A stretch of 64,000 bases of DNA from Neoconidiobolus thromboides FSU 785. Taxonomy: Eukaryota > Fungi > Entomophthoromycota. Shown here piece after piece: positions 16,184 to 27,565 of the stretch; the first letter of the stretch is position 1, and the number at the start of each line of letters is the position of its first letter. Under the pieces are notes generated by a model that was given only the letters and a program-made list of their open reading frames with translations, was not told the DNA's origin and did no database searches. Position numbers and translations under genes: made by a program. Location of the stretch: the NCBI GenBank assembly GCA_025603075.1, contig MU626303.1, positions 59,302 through 123,301 on the forward strand, in the 5' to 3' direction.

Positions 16184-17123
16184 TGTTTATAAATTTATTT
16201 GTAGTTTTAATAATAGTTCAAAAGAAATAAAAAATAATTTTTTAAAGGCTTACTATGAGCTTTATATTTATATTATTAACTCTAATGTATAATTTTAATT
16301 AAGACGCTTACTATCGTTTTCATTGGTTAAATTGATAGGGATGTTTCAAAAAAAGTTAGAATGTTTCCAATCAAACTTTGACTTTCAAATGTCAAACAAG
16401 CTTTTGATTTCAACCATATTGAGTTTGAATTTTTAAGGTAAAGAATAGCCGTCACGCTTTAATTTATTTTAGCGCTCTTTTTTTTTTGATTTGATGGAAA
16501 ATGAACGAAAAATGACGTGAAAGTTATTCTTTTTTAATAGTTTAATTTTTTTCGATAGCTTAATGCTAGCTGAGGTACTAATTGTTGTTTTATTTAATAA
16601 AGTGCTATCAATTAAATGTTATTTACAGTAATAACAACTATAAATAAAACGGAGTTAGACTTTTAGTATGGATAGTTATTATAACACTTTGTAATATTAA
16701 AAATATACCAAATTTAAATAATAAGTGTTTGACTACTATTCAATCTGAAACAGATACCTAATTTATAGAATTCATACTTATATAGCATAGCGCATATAAT
16801 AAGTGATAAAAAAAGTAAATAACAACATGTAAAGATAATAATTAATATTATCTATAAATCATAAATAAACTTTTTGCTTTTGATATTTTAAGTCTTTTCA
16901 GTAGAATCATTAAAGGTAGTGTTTATAAAGTTAAGCTAATTCTACAAAGCTGAATGTGTGTTTTATAAACATTGTTTGAATTTATACCTTTATTAAAGAA
17001 AAATTATAAAGCTCAAAAGCCCATGGAGTTTATTCCTTGCATACTTTTGACAGTCTTTTTAATAAACCCTATAAATTTCTATAGTAAGAATTTATGATTT
17101 TTTTGACTTTTTATAAAATATAT

Positions 17124-17234
17124 GGGGATGTTTTTTTTGGCTTCATTACTTTTTCCATTTTTTAAGCGCTATTTGAGTGGAAAAATTGTTAATAAAATTG
17201 TTAATAAAATTGTTAAACATAAAAATACATCCCC
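17124..17234 (+). mobile_element. MITE family copy 3 (carries a 12-bp internal tandem duplication)
   Basis: ATAT-GGGGATG...CATCCCC-ATAT; AATAAAATTGTT is duplicated internally. Confidence 0.9.
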
Positions 17235-17379
17235 ATATATATATTTGTATTTTAAAAATATCCAAAAATTAAATTTCTACTAATTATAATTTAAGCATAT
17301 ACATATTATATGCTATAAGACTTTGATTTTTTTTAAAATTTCTACTTTTATAAAGTTGATTAAAAACTGGTAAAAATAT

Positions 17380-17478
17380 GAGAGTGTTTTTTTTGACTTC
17401 ATTATTTTTTCCATTTTTTAAGCGCTATTTAAGCGGAAAGTTTGTTAGTAAAATTCTTAAACACAAAAATACATCCCC
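17380..17478 (+). mobile_element. MITE family copy 4
   Basis: ATAT-GAGAGTG...CATCCCC-ATAT; near-identical to the reverse complement of copy 5. Confidence 0.9.
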
Positions 17479-17934
17479 ATATATTAATAATTTGTTATAA
17501 TTTATAATTTTATATAAAGAAATATAAAAAAGTATAAAGATAATTTTTAATAAAAATTTTGTAAACTCTATTTTTTTGCTAATAACTAATAATAATTTAT
17601 TTAAATAAATTTTGAAAGCAGCTTTGTTAGTTAATTTGAATTAGAATTACTGATTTGTTATTAAATAATTAATTAAATAATTTTAAATTGATTATTAAAA
17701 GTGTATTAAACTATTTTTAATATCATTTACTTAAATTTACCTGTAATTTTAAACTTATTGCTTTTAAATTATTATTATAATATATAATAATTTCTATAAA
17801 TTTTTTTTTTAAACTGTTATAAATTTGTAAACTTTGTTGATTTGATTTTTTTAAGTATACAATTAAAATTTTTATTTTAAACTTTAATCTATAAGCCTAA
17901 TATTTGTTCTTTATTTTTTCATTTTTTTATATAT

Positions 17935-18032
17935 GGGGATGTATTTTTGTGTTTAAGAATTTTACTAACAAACTTTCCGCTTAAATAGCGCTTAGAAAAT
18001 GAAAAAAGTAATGAAGTCAAAAAAACACTCTT
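17935..18032 (-). mobile_element. MITE family copy 5
   Basis: ATAT-GGGGATGTATTTTTGTG...CACTCTT-ATAT. Confidence 0.9.
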
Positions 18033-18576
18033 ATATTAATATTGCTATTGTGAAATCTGGTACTCAGTGATTGGAGTCAAAAACAGCTATTTCCTGGTTG
18101 ACTATACTGTAAGTCGAAAGGTCTTAGTTTATGTGACTAAGATAGACTTGAGTTATGAAGAATAACACCTAATAAGCTATGGACCATGTAAGATAGATAT
18201 AATAGATAATACTAATGTAAATCTACGTAAAATACTATTAAGAAAACTTAGTGGCTTTATTAAATGTTTGGGATATCAGGGAATAATTCAGCTAAAAAGA
18301 CTCAAGCTACTATACTCTGTAAACTCTCTTATACTCTGAAAAGTATAAATATCAAAATGAGAAGATAATATCCTTTGGGATGGAGCTAGAAATTCTCATA
18401 GCAAATCAAACTAAGAACGTGTGGGATTGATTTTCTCTGAACTCAAGAACACAACAGCTTAGGCGATTGTTATGCTATAATTAACCATGGGACTGACAAA
18501 GCGATATTTCGCACTATAAAAAAGAGCTAGAAATTTGAAAATTTATTGACAGAAATTATATCTAATTTTAATATAT

Positions 18577-18674
18577 GTGGATGTTTTTTTGTGTTCAAGA
18601 ATTTTACTAACAAATTTTTCGCTCAAATAGTACTTAAAAAATGGAAAAAGTAGTGAAGCCAGAAAAGCACCCCC
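18577..18674 (-). mobile_element. MITE family copy 6
   Basis: ATAT-GTGGATG...CACCCCC-ATAT with the conserved internal sequence. Confidence 0.85.
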
Positions 18675-18826
18675 ATATATTATAGACTTTCAAAATATCT
18701 TTTAAAAAATTCATGTTGCATAAAAAACAAAAAAATGAAATAGAAAATTTTATCTTGATTTTAACCACTTTAAATTTATATATATATCTGTACTAAAAAA
18801 CGAGTTTTTAGCTTGAAAACACTAAA

Positions 18827-18918
18827 GGGTGTCTTTTTCTTTGTTTAAGAGTTCTACTAACAACTTTATTTGATAGTACTTAATTAGAAAAATAGATAAA
18901 ACTAGTAATTACATCCTT
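18827..18918 (-). mobile_element. MITE family copy 7 (degenerate)
   Basis: GGGTGTCTTTTTCTTTGTTTAAGAGTTCTACTAACAA...ACATCC resembles the consensus, with deletions and substitutions. Confidence 0.55.
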
Positions 18919-19326
18919 GCTATAATGTTTGTGAAAGCCTTTTTTTTAAAATCAATCACTGCTAAAAAAAATACTAGTTATGAAATAAAAAGTGAAGGTT
19001 TTATAAAACTAAATAATTAGGAGATTTGATTAAATATAGAAAGTTATATTTAGACATATTATAAATTAAAAATACAAGGCATTTAGTTACCCTAAAAACA
19101 TTCCTATACTCAAAGATATTATTATTTTAATTAAATCTAATATATTTATAAATGGTTATTTATGACTAAAGCTTACTTTTGTAATAGCAATATTATTTAG
19201 CATAGGTAAAATAGCTTTAAAGTATTAAAAGATTAATTCTTCATATTATAAAACATAACTAATATCAAATCTGTATAAAGTGAAACATGGCTAATAATAA
19301 ATTTTAAAATGTAAAACATTATATAT

Positions 19327-19420
19327 AAGGGTGTTTTTTTGGCTTCATTACTTTTCATCTTTTAAGCACTATTTAAGCGGGAAATTTGTTAGTAAAATTC
19401 TTAAACAAGAATACATCCTC
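19327..19420 (+). mobile_element. MITE family copy 8
   Basis: AAGGGTGTTTTTTTGGCTTCATTAC...AATACATCCTC. Confidence 0.85.
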
Positions 19421-19990
19421 ATACATATTATTTTATAGTTAACTTCAGCTTCCAACTAAATCAATTAATGTTGATATTAAAGTGAAATGTTAAATTAAAA
19501 AACCAAATATAATACTTGAATTAAAAAATTAAGATTATTTTTTTTACCTATGTTAAATAATATCTAAAGGTATTTCAATTTGCAAAAATTGTAAGAATTG
19601 TTTAGGTTTTTGAAGGAAAGTTCGTCTTACTTCTCATGCTAATTCTGATAGAAAGAATTTCAATTATAAAACATCAAGCAACTATCATCCACATATTTTT
19701 TAGTAGTTCGAAGTCTATTTTCATATTTCTTAAGACAATAAATATTAAGTATATAGTAAATAAAAATTCACTAATATTCTTTTAGTAATCTACTCCAAAA
19801 TTAAAAATTCAATTTTTGATTTCTTTTAAAAATGACAACTTTCAATTGCCCCAAAAACCCGGTCGAAAAAGCGCTAGAATAATTCGTGCAATTGTCGCAG
19901 CTTAGTTGAATATTCAGCAAAAATTAAATCCACCACAACCACTTAACCAACTTCAAACTATACTACTTCTTTGTTCAAAGTAAGCTAAAG

Positions 19991-20293
19991 ATGTCCTTAT
20001 TCAAATCTCTTATCGCCACTTCTATGCGCTCTTATGCCACCAAGTCCCTTTTTGTAGGTAACATGCCATACAAAGCTACTGCTGAAGATTTATCTCAATT
20101 ATTTGAAAAATATGATGTATCTAGAGTCACTATACCAAATGATGAATTAGGTCGTGGACGTGGCTTTGCATTTGTTGAAATTGAAGAAGAATTCGTCGAT
20201 CAAGCTATTTCGGAAAATAATGAACAGGAGTTTCAAGGTCGTAGAATTCGTGTTTCTGAAGCAGCTAATAAACCTAGGTTTAGTAAACAATAA
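19991..20293 (+). CDS. Small single-RRM RNA-binding protein with a predicted mitochondrial presequence
   Basis: Intronless 100-aa ORF; RNP2 LFVGNMP, RNP1 RGFAFVEI; N-terminus MSLFKSLIATSMRSYA has an R-x-Y-A processing-like motif. Confidence 0.85.
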   Translation: MSLFKSLIATSMRSYATKSLFVGNMPYKATAEDLSQLFEKYDVSRVTIPNDELGRGRGFAFVEIEEEFVDQAISENNEQEFQGRRIRVSEAANKPRFSKQ

Positions 20294-21063
20294 AAGTATG
20301 AGGTACGGGTAGAATTATATTGAAAAAGGTGTAAGCTTAGAAATAAACACAAAATAGAGCTTTAGTATGAACTTCTTTAAACTATGTTTTCAAGGGTTAA
20401 GATTAAAAATGATGGTCAATCTTATACTTTTTTAATAAATTTTGAGTACCTTTAACATGATTTATGAATTTAGATAATAACTTGAGTTTTTTTATAAAAA
20501 GATCTGAGTCTTTTGGAGAAAAGTAAAAGGCATTGAAATCATTTTAAAATAATGACATTTTGTCCTTGATTTCATTAAACTTTAGTGCATATAAATAAAT
20601 TCAAAGATAAAACTTCACTTACTTTTATGAGACTAAGTAACCATTTATATACAGGATTGTTGCTGATATTGTTGCTGATATTGTTTTAAAAAACATCAGC
20701 CAATATTACAGTAAAAAAACGTCCCATTTATGCTTAGTAATTATTCTCCAAAAAAAGTTAATATTAGTTCGATTTCATAGAAGTTAAAGTGACAATATCA
20801 AATATTAGTAGAATGTATTTAGTAAACTTAGTGCTTGATTGTTGATAGATAATGAAGACGGTTACACTTAAGTTTCTAACTTTAAGACGTTAAACTAAAT
20901 CCTTTAAAGCCTGACAATAATAACAAAAAAGAGAAAGGAAGATATAGAATAAAGCCATTGGTATAAATTAATAAGTTTAATGTTTTTTTGTTGATAAAAA
21001 TAAAATAAAAGTTTGATATAAAAAATTAACAATTCTAAACTTGAGTATTCAACTCCAACCTGT

Positions 21064-21584
21064 TTACACCATAAAACTCTGTCCGCAACCACAAGCTTCC
21101 TTTATATTTGGATTATAAAATATAAATTGAGATGATAACTTATCATGAACGTAATCCATTTCAGAACCGATAATAGATAATAAAGCTTTCGAATCAACTA
21201 GCACTTTAATACCTATGGTCAAATTTAATAAGTAACCCACTCAAAAGAAAAAAGCTTTAATTTCACTTACCATCTTGTACCACTTCTTCATCAAATTTCT
21301 GTTTTTCAGTAACATAATCCAAATCATAAGATAAACCGGAGCAACCTTTTGTACGTACACCAATTTTTAGTACCTTACTTTCTTGTCCTTGATATAACTC
21401 TTTTAATCTTTCAATGGCTGCTGGCCTCTAAAAATTAAAAAAAGAAACATTTAATCAAACTAGTTAATAATTGTTAACTATATTTTCAACTTACCAACGT
21501 CAATGCTGCTTTTCTTAATCTTAGTTTAGAACTTGGTTTTCTTACTGCGGCCGCAAATGAATGGCTTACCCTTGTAGCAAACAT
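21064..21584 (-). CDS. ISA1: Iron-sulfur cluster assembly protein IscA/ISA1
   Basis: Three exons: MFATRVSH...RKAALTL/RPAAIERLK...GVRTKGCSGLSYDLDY...DSKALLSIIGSEMDY...NPNIKEACGCGQSFMV*. The conserved GC and CGCG.SF motifs are present. Confidence 0.96.
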
Positions 21585-22412
21585 ATCGATTGAGTTAGAA
21601 ATTAATATTTTAGTTAAAAAATGAGTTTCTATTTTTCGTTAGCTGAAAAAATTTCGTAGTTATACTAAAATTCCACGTGACTTTGATTGGCCATTGAAGA
21701 ATGTAATTTGCTTAGTTTTGATCTTATCTAAAATCTTTAATCTTGATCTAGTTTTGAAGATGGGCTGGTTATAGTAAATTAAGCTTATATTATAAAGGGG
21801 TTGGATGTATGAGGAGGTCCTGTCTTAGTGAGAAAGTTAGCCTTTTTAAGATTCGATTAGATTATAATTGTATAAATAAAATTTAAAATCATAAATTTAG
21901 GGTCAATTTTATTAGTGAATTAACAGTGCATAAGTTTTGATTTTTAGAATTCAATAGACTACATCTATCAGTAGGTTTTAGTGTCATAAAAGTAAGTGTA
22001 TATAAGGTACTATAAATTATAGAATTTATTCTTATAGGTGAAATGTATGGAATAAAACTAGGTCGGAAAATAGACATTGTAAGTTTTGTATTTTATTATT
22101 AAAAAGTGGTGTATATTATAGCTGCCATTATTACCATGTTTAAATTATTTCCAATATTCGTTAACATTTGCATTTCTACATTAGATTAAAGTTAATTGAA
22201 ATTTAACTCTAAGATTCAATTCATTATAATTAAACCTTTAAAGAATCTTATATAAAAAAAATCATAGATAAAATAAAGGACTATTATTCAATGTCATTTG
22301 TTGCTCAAAATTTAAAAAAAATGAAAAAATAAGCTAATTTGATCTATTTATTTTAAAACATAGTAAATAAATTATATTCAAATACCATTATACTATCCTA
22401 TAAATACTAAAT

Positions 22413-22769
22413 TTATTCTTCTTTATGTTCATTGTTAGCATTACTATCAGCTCTTGGAACATATTTTGGTTTTGGACTAGTAGCTTCTGAAATACGAATA
22501 GTACGTCCTTTAAAATCAGTGTTGTTTAAAGCGTTAATAGCTTCAACTGCTCCATCTTCATTGACTTCAACAAAAGCAAAACCTTTACTACGACCTAAAC
22601 CATCAATAGGTATACTTACTCCATAAACTTCGGAGTGACTGGAAAATAACTCAGTAAGTTCAGGTTTGGTAGTAGACCATGGAAGGTTACCGACATAGAT
22701 TGACTTGCTGGCGTAACTACGTACAAAGCTACGAGTGATTAATTTTTGAGTTAATTGTCTGGCAAACAT
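22413..22769 (-). CDS. Second small single-RRM protein with a predicted mitochondrial presequence
   Basis: Intronless 118-aa ORF; IYVGNLP and KGFAFVEV; presequence ends RSFVRSYA; paralog of 19991..20293. Confidence 0.87.
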   Translation of the reverse strand: MFARQLTQKLITRSFVRSYASKSIYVGNLPWSTTKPELTELFSSHSEVYGVSIPIDGLGRSKGFAFVEVNEDGAVEAINALNNTDFKGRTIRISEATSPKPKYVPRADSNANNEHKEE

Positions 22770-23016
22770 TCTTATTTTACTGAAACTTAATTATTTTGCT
22801 TAATTATTGATTTGACTTTTATTGAAGTTGAATTCTTAAATCGGGCTTGTTTTATGGGATTTCAAGCTAAAGCTTACTGCTTTAAACCCAACTTATTCTT
22901 AAACCTTAGAATAAAATCAAGTTATAAAAAAATTTAAAGGGCAAATCAAATAACATTTAATTATTCTATTGAATTTCTCTAATTTTTATTTAAATAATTT
23001 GTATAGCTCAATAACT

Positions 23017-24622
23017 TTAATTAATTCTTAATTTTGATAGTTCAACTTCTTTATACCAATCAATATTAGTTAATAATAAAACAGATATTATAGAAATAAA
23101 TATTGAGCCAATAACTAATCCCAACCATAAACCAACCAATTGTAATTCAAAATAAAAAGCTAACAAAATACTAAACGGAGTTGATATAAATAAAAACGAA
23201 AATAAATTCAATTTAGCACCGAATTCTTGTCTTCCCATACCACGAAATAGCCCACCACAAACACCGCCAATAGTATCAGTAAACTAAGTGATGTTATTAA
23301 TATAATTAAATACAATCAATATCTTATTAAACTTACTTGAAACAAGGCCAACACTGGCAATACATTTTGAAGGATTTTTACAAATTGAGGATCATTGTTA
23401 TTGAATTGTTTTAAATAATTGGATGTCAATAAAATAAATAAACAAGTTATTAAGCCATGAATACTACCTACAATAATACAATTCATTGATGTTTTTTTTG
23501 CTTTTTTAGCATCCCCTAATCCCAGTGTATTTCCAATTAATATACTAGCTACTGCTGATGTACCTATAGATATTTGAAAAAATAAAGTACCCAAATTACC
23601 TAAAGAGCCATGGGCTGCGAGTGATGTGGTATTGATATATGAAGCACAAAAGGCCAATATTTCATAAGTCCACCATTCAGAGCATAACATAATTACACCT
23701 GGAATACCTAATAAAAGTAGTACAAATTAATATATTCAATATTAATATTACTAATGTCACTACCTAACTTAATAATAATATTCCACTCTTTAAATGCATT
23801 TATAGTAAAACCGCCCCAAGCCTGTTTACCATCAATAAATAATACATAACAAATACTAAATAAAAAAGAAGACCAAGTAGATATTACTAATGATATTGGT
23901 GCACCTATAAATCCAATCGATAATGCTGGATGCCAAACTAGTATATAATTACACAATACACAAATGGGTAAACTTAATATTAAAATATAAGCCGAGGCAT
24001 TCATTATATCTAAATAAAGAGAAATATATATCAATAAAAGGGCGTATAAATAAAAGTAAAATATTAATTTACTTTGAGCTTGTAAATATTTTTTAATACA
24101 CTCAAAACCAATAAAAGGAGGTACTGCTAACAATAACCATTTTAAGTAGACTCCACAAAGTCGACTCAACTCTTCCTCTTGTCCAATCAGCAATAACAGT
24201 TCTTCCGCTTTCAACCAAATTGCTGAGATTGGAAGAAATAAAACTAAAGAAACAAAAAACCCTCTTTGAGCAAATAAGCCTACTAATTTGATATCTCGAC
24301 TACCAGTATATGCTTGGGAACACAAAGTTTCTAAACAGGATGTCATACCTAAGGCAAATGCAAATCCAGTCATGTTTGCAAACATAGTACTTAAGGCGGA
24401 GGAGGCTAACTCAGATTTTCCTAACCAACCAACGGAGTAATTGGTAATGAAAGGATTGAGGAATTCGATTAAATAGGAGAGGATGACTGGTAGTGACATG
24501 ATGGAAATCGAAGTACAATTGTTGGGCGCTGAAGCGTTTTTTTCGGGTAATAATAAGGCAATTTCATTTTTATTATTGAGTGGTGTAAGTTGATTTTTTA
24601 TTGTTGTAATTGAGGTTGTCAT
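23017..24622 (-). CDS. MATE-family efflux transporter (paralog A)
   Basis: ELASSALSTMFANMTG...LETLCSQAYTG, MLCSEWWTYE, FRGMGRQ..GAKLNL, GLWLG; three introns. Confidence 0.93.
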
Positions 24623-25218
24623 TTTTAGAAAAAAGTTTGATTTATGATTTTTGATTTTTTTGAATTTAAGTTTAGTCTAGATTTTTGATTTTTCATAAAA
24701 CTGGTATTTTGATGAATATTGATTGGCTTAAGGATATTTATAGTAAATTACTTGGTCTGTTTCATGTTAATTGTTCATATTTTTTCTACAATTCTAGTTA
24801 AGAAATATGACAATTAATGTGAGACAAATTGAATACTTTGAATAAAATATCAAATTTTATCTAATATTATTAGAATATATGATAATGTATAATGGTATAG
24901 AATTATGATAGTATTAAAGTACCCAATAACAGTTATAAAGTTTATACATAGTTTCTCTCTAGGCAAGATTAACTAATAATAATAATGATAATAAACTTCC
25001 AAATGACCAAATCTTATTTAATTGTATATTTTATAAAATCGAAACATAAATAGTGTGATTCAGAAATCAATAGCTATGATTCTAAATAGAAATTAAATAT
25101 AGATAAACAAATAGACTAGCTTTATAAGTCAATCAAAATAATGTTAATACTTGTCTTCTCTATTGAAGTAAAATTTATTATTTGAGCTAACTTTTAAATT
25201 ACTTTAGCACTTAATTAT

Positions 25219-26508
25219 TCAAATTCCACCAACTTTACCTAACTTAAATGGTCTGCCTCTTTTTTTCTTAACAGTTGTATCAGCTGATTTATTATTACCT
25301 ACATTACCCTTATTCACCTCATTTGGACTACCCTTATCAGTATTTATAGGCGTATTGGGATCCTCATTGCTTTGATCTTTACTTGATGAAATACCCTCAT
25401 TATCACCACTATCTTTTACGCCACCTAAATCTCCTTTCCTTGGTCTTCCTTTTTTCTTCTTTTCACCATCATTTTTAATAGCACTATCATTCAACTCATC
25501 ATTATTCATCTTATCCGAAACTTTTTTTTTTGGCCTTCCCCTTTTTTTTGTATTGTCACTTTTGATAGCACTTTCATTCAATTCTTCAGTAACTTTAGCT
25601 TCATTCAAACCGATTTTCTTTGGCCTTCCTCTTCCTTTCTTTTCAGTATCGTTTTTAATAATACCCTTATTTAATTCCTCAGTATTATTCTTAATAATTG
25701 TCTCATTTAATACTTCACTATGATTGATATCTTCAGGAGTGGTTCTCTTCGGTCTTCCTCTTCCTCTTTTTTCTGTATTAATAATAGCACTTTGATTTAA
25801 TTCTTCGGCACCATTGATATCTTTAAGAATGATCTTCTTTGGTCTTCCTCTTCCTTTCACTTCGTTATCATATTTAACAATAGTTCCATTTAATGCTTCA
25901 TTATTGTCTTTAATAATACCTTTATTTAATTTTCCAGTATCATCCGCCTTTTCTGAGACGACTCTCTTTGGCCTCCCTCTTCTTTTCTTTCCTGTAGTAA
26001 TACCAATAACATCTTCATTCAAAAATGCACTCTTATCCTTAACAATACTTACATTCAAAGCTTCTCTATCATATTTGATATCACTTTTATCTGATACTTC
26101 AATATTAGCCTCCTTTTGAGTAACGGCTTTCTTTGGTCTACCTCTTCGCTTCTTTTCTGTGTTAGTACTAATAGCACTTTTAATTAATTCTCCTTCATTA
26201 GTTTTACCTGAAGTGATTTTCTTTGGCCTGCCTCTTCCTTTCTTTTCGGCACTATCTTTAATAATACTTTCATCTGATTGTTCTCTATCATTAACAATAC
26301 TAAAAACGACTTTCTTTGGTCTTCCCCTTCCTTTCTTTTCAGTATCATTAACAATAGGGCTTTTATTTAATGCCTCACTATCACTCACATTTTTAGAAAC
26401 AATTTTCTTTGGTCTTCCCCTCTTTTTTATTGGCTCTTGAACTTGTTGATTATCGTCACCTTCATCTAGGTCTAGATCTGTTTTTGTTGAAACTTTACTT
26501 ATTCCCAT
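25219..26508 (-). CDS. Free-standing AT-hook array protein (11 GRP hooks, HMGA-like), paralogous to the ORC1 N-terminus
   Basis: Intronless 429-aa ORF with 11 (K/R)GRP(K/R/F) motifs separated by N/D/E/K/S-rich spacers; no other recognisable domain. Confidence 0.85.
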   Translation of the reverse strand: MGISKVSTKTDLDLDEGDDNQQVQEPIKKRGRPKKIVSKNVSDSEALNKSPIVNDTEKKGRGRPKKVVFSIVNDREQSDESIIKDSAEKKGRGRPKKITSGKTNEGELIKSAISTNTEKKRRGRPKKAVTQKEANIEVSDKSDIKYDREALNVSIVKDKSAFLNEDVIGITTGKKRRGRPKRVVSEKADDTGKLNKGIIKDNNEALNGTIVKYDNEVKGRGRPKKIILKDINGAEELNQSAIINTEKRGRGRPKRTTPEDINHSEVLNETIIKNNTEELNKGIIKNDTEKKGRGRPKKIGLNEAKVTEELNESAIKSDNTKKRGRPKKKVSDKMNNDELNDSAIKNDGEKKKKGRPRKGDLGGVKDSGDNEGISSSKDQSNEDPNTPINTDKGSPNEVNKGNVGNNKSADTTVKKKRGRPFKLGKVGGI

Positions 26509-27004
26509 GTTACTGATACTTTTACTAATAACTGGAATTTTTTCAACCTAAAAAATTGGAAAAAAGAATTTGGCTGGAGTTTTGGGATTCTTTTATAGTT
26601 GATTGAAATAAAATCAGGGATGCGTCATTTTTGATTAATTTAATACCAATTATGAAACCCAGTCTTTACATAAGATTTAATAATGTATAGTATAAATAAT
26701 AATGTATTACCACAATGAGGTTTTGAGTTCTCAATGGCAACTGTAACAACTTTATACGTAATATTTATTAAGATCAATTTTCGTTTATATGTGCAATTTT
26801 ATAACAACTAGGTTAAAAATTAACTGTATACTTTAAAACCAAAGCAAAAATAGTTTTTGATATTTAAAGCAATAATTGTTTTTAAATAATGAACTTAGTT
26901 TAAATTCTTCTTTATTTAAACAAATGTATATTATTTGAGACATGGTTTCAGTGAATTTTAAGGGTTATTTTAATAAGATCTCAGGATTTTATCTAAAGAT
27001 TATT

Positions 27005-27565
27005 TCAATTTGGTGATTTGTCTTTTTTGCTTCCAATTGGGTCCATTAATTGTATAAAACTAAGATTCATACTGTTTACTTCAGATAAAACATCTTTCTC
27101 ACTACATACAGTTGTATCAGTATCTTTATCACTTTAACTTTCACCTAATACAATATCACCATCATTTTTGTTTAATAAATTGATACTATTTTCTATCTCA
27201 TTCAAGTTGCTTTTCTCTGAATTTCCTATTTTGTTATTTTGAATATAGTTGTTAATAGCATTTCTATCCAATCCAACTAAAGCTACTTTTTTGGTAGGAT
27301 CAGTGCTATTACTTATTTCAGCACCTTCAGGAACATTTGCTATTTATTTATCATTACTATTAATGGCATTTTCGTTCTCTTGATTCAAAACCGCTTTCCT
27401 TCGTCCTCCGATCTTATTTGTAGGTCCTTAAGTTAGTTGACCATCTCTATTTTTTACTTGTTGATAATTGCTTTTACTTTCTGGATCAGAATCAGGACTT
27501 ATTGAGCTTCTGTTTTTCCTTATGTTAATCGCAATGTATGTATTTGAATTGAAAATTTTTGCTTG
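27005..27565 (-). pseudogene. Decayed reading frame resembling the start of the ORC1/AT-hook module
   Basis: One frame of about 185 codons is broken by two in-frame TAA (27428-27430, 27134-27136). NYQQVKNRDGQLT*GPTNKIGGRRKAVLN aligns by eye with ORC1 NTQQEQIMDGDQPQQLTKKKDGPKKGRPKKANLN. Confidence 0.5.

Noticed and set aside
17124-19420. Repeated ~100-bp units as a CRISPR-like array or ncRNA cluster
   Set aside because: The DNA is eukaryotic, the units are irregularly spaced in both orientations, and they have TIRs and TSDs. This is MITE behaviour, with no cas genes or Pol III boxes recognised.
27134-27430. In-frame TAA codons suggesting stop-codon reassignment (TAA=Gln)
   Set aside because: Many intact conserved genes in the window terminate at TAA and none needs readthrough, so pseudogenisation is the simpler explanation.
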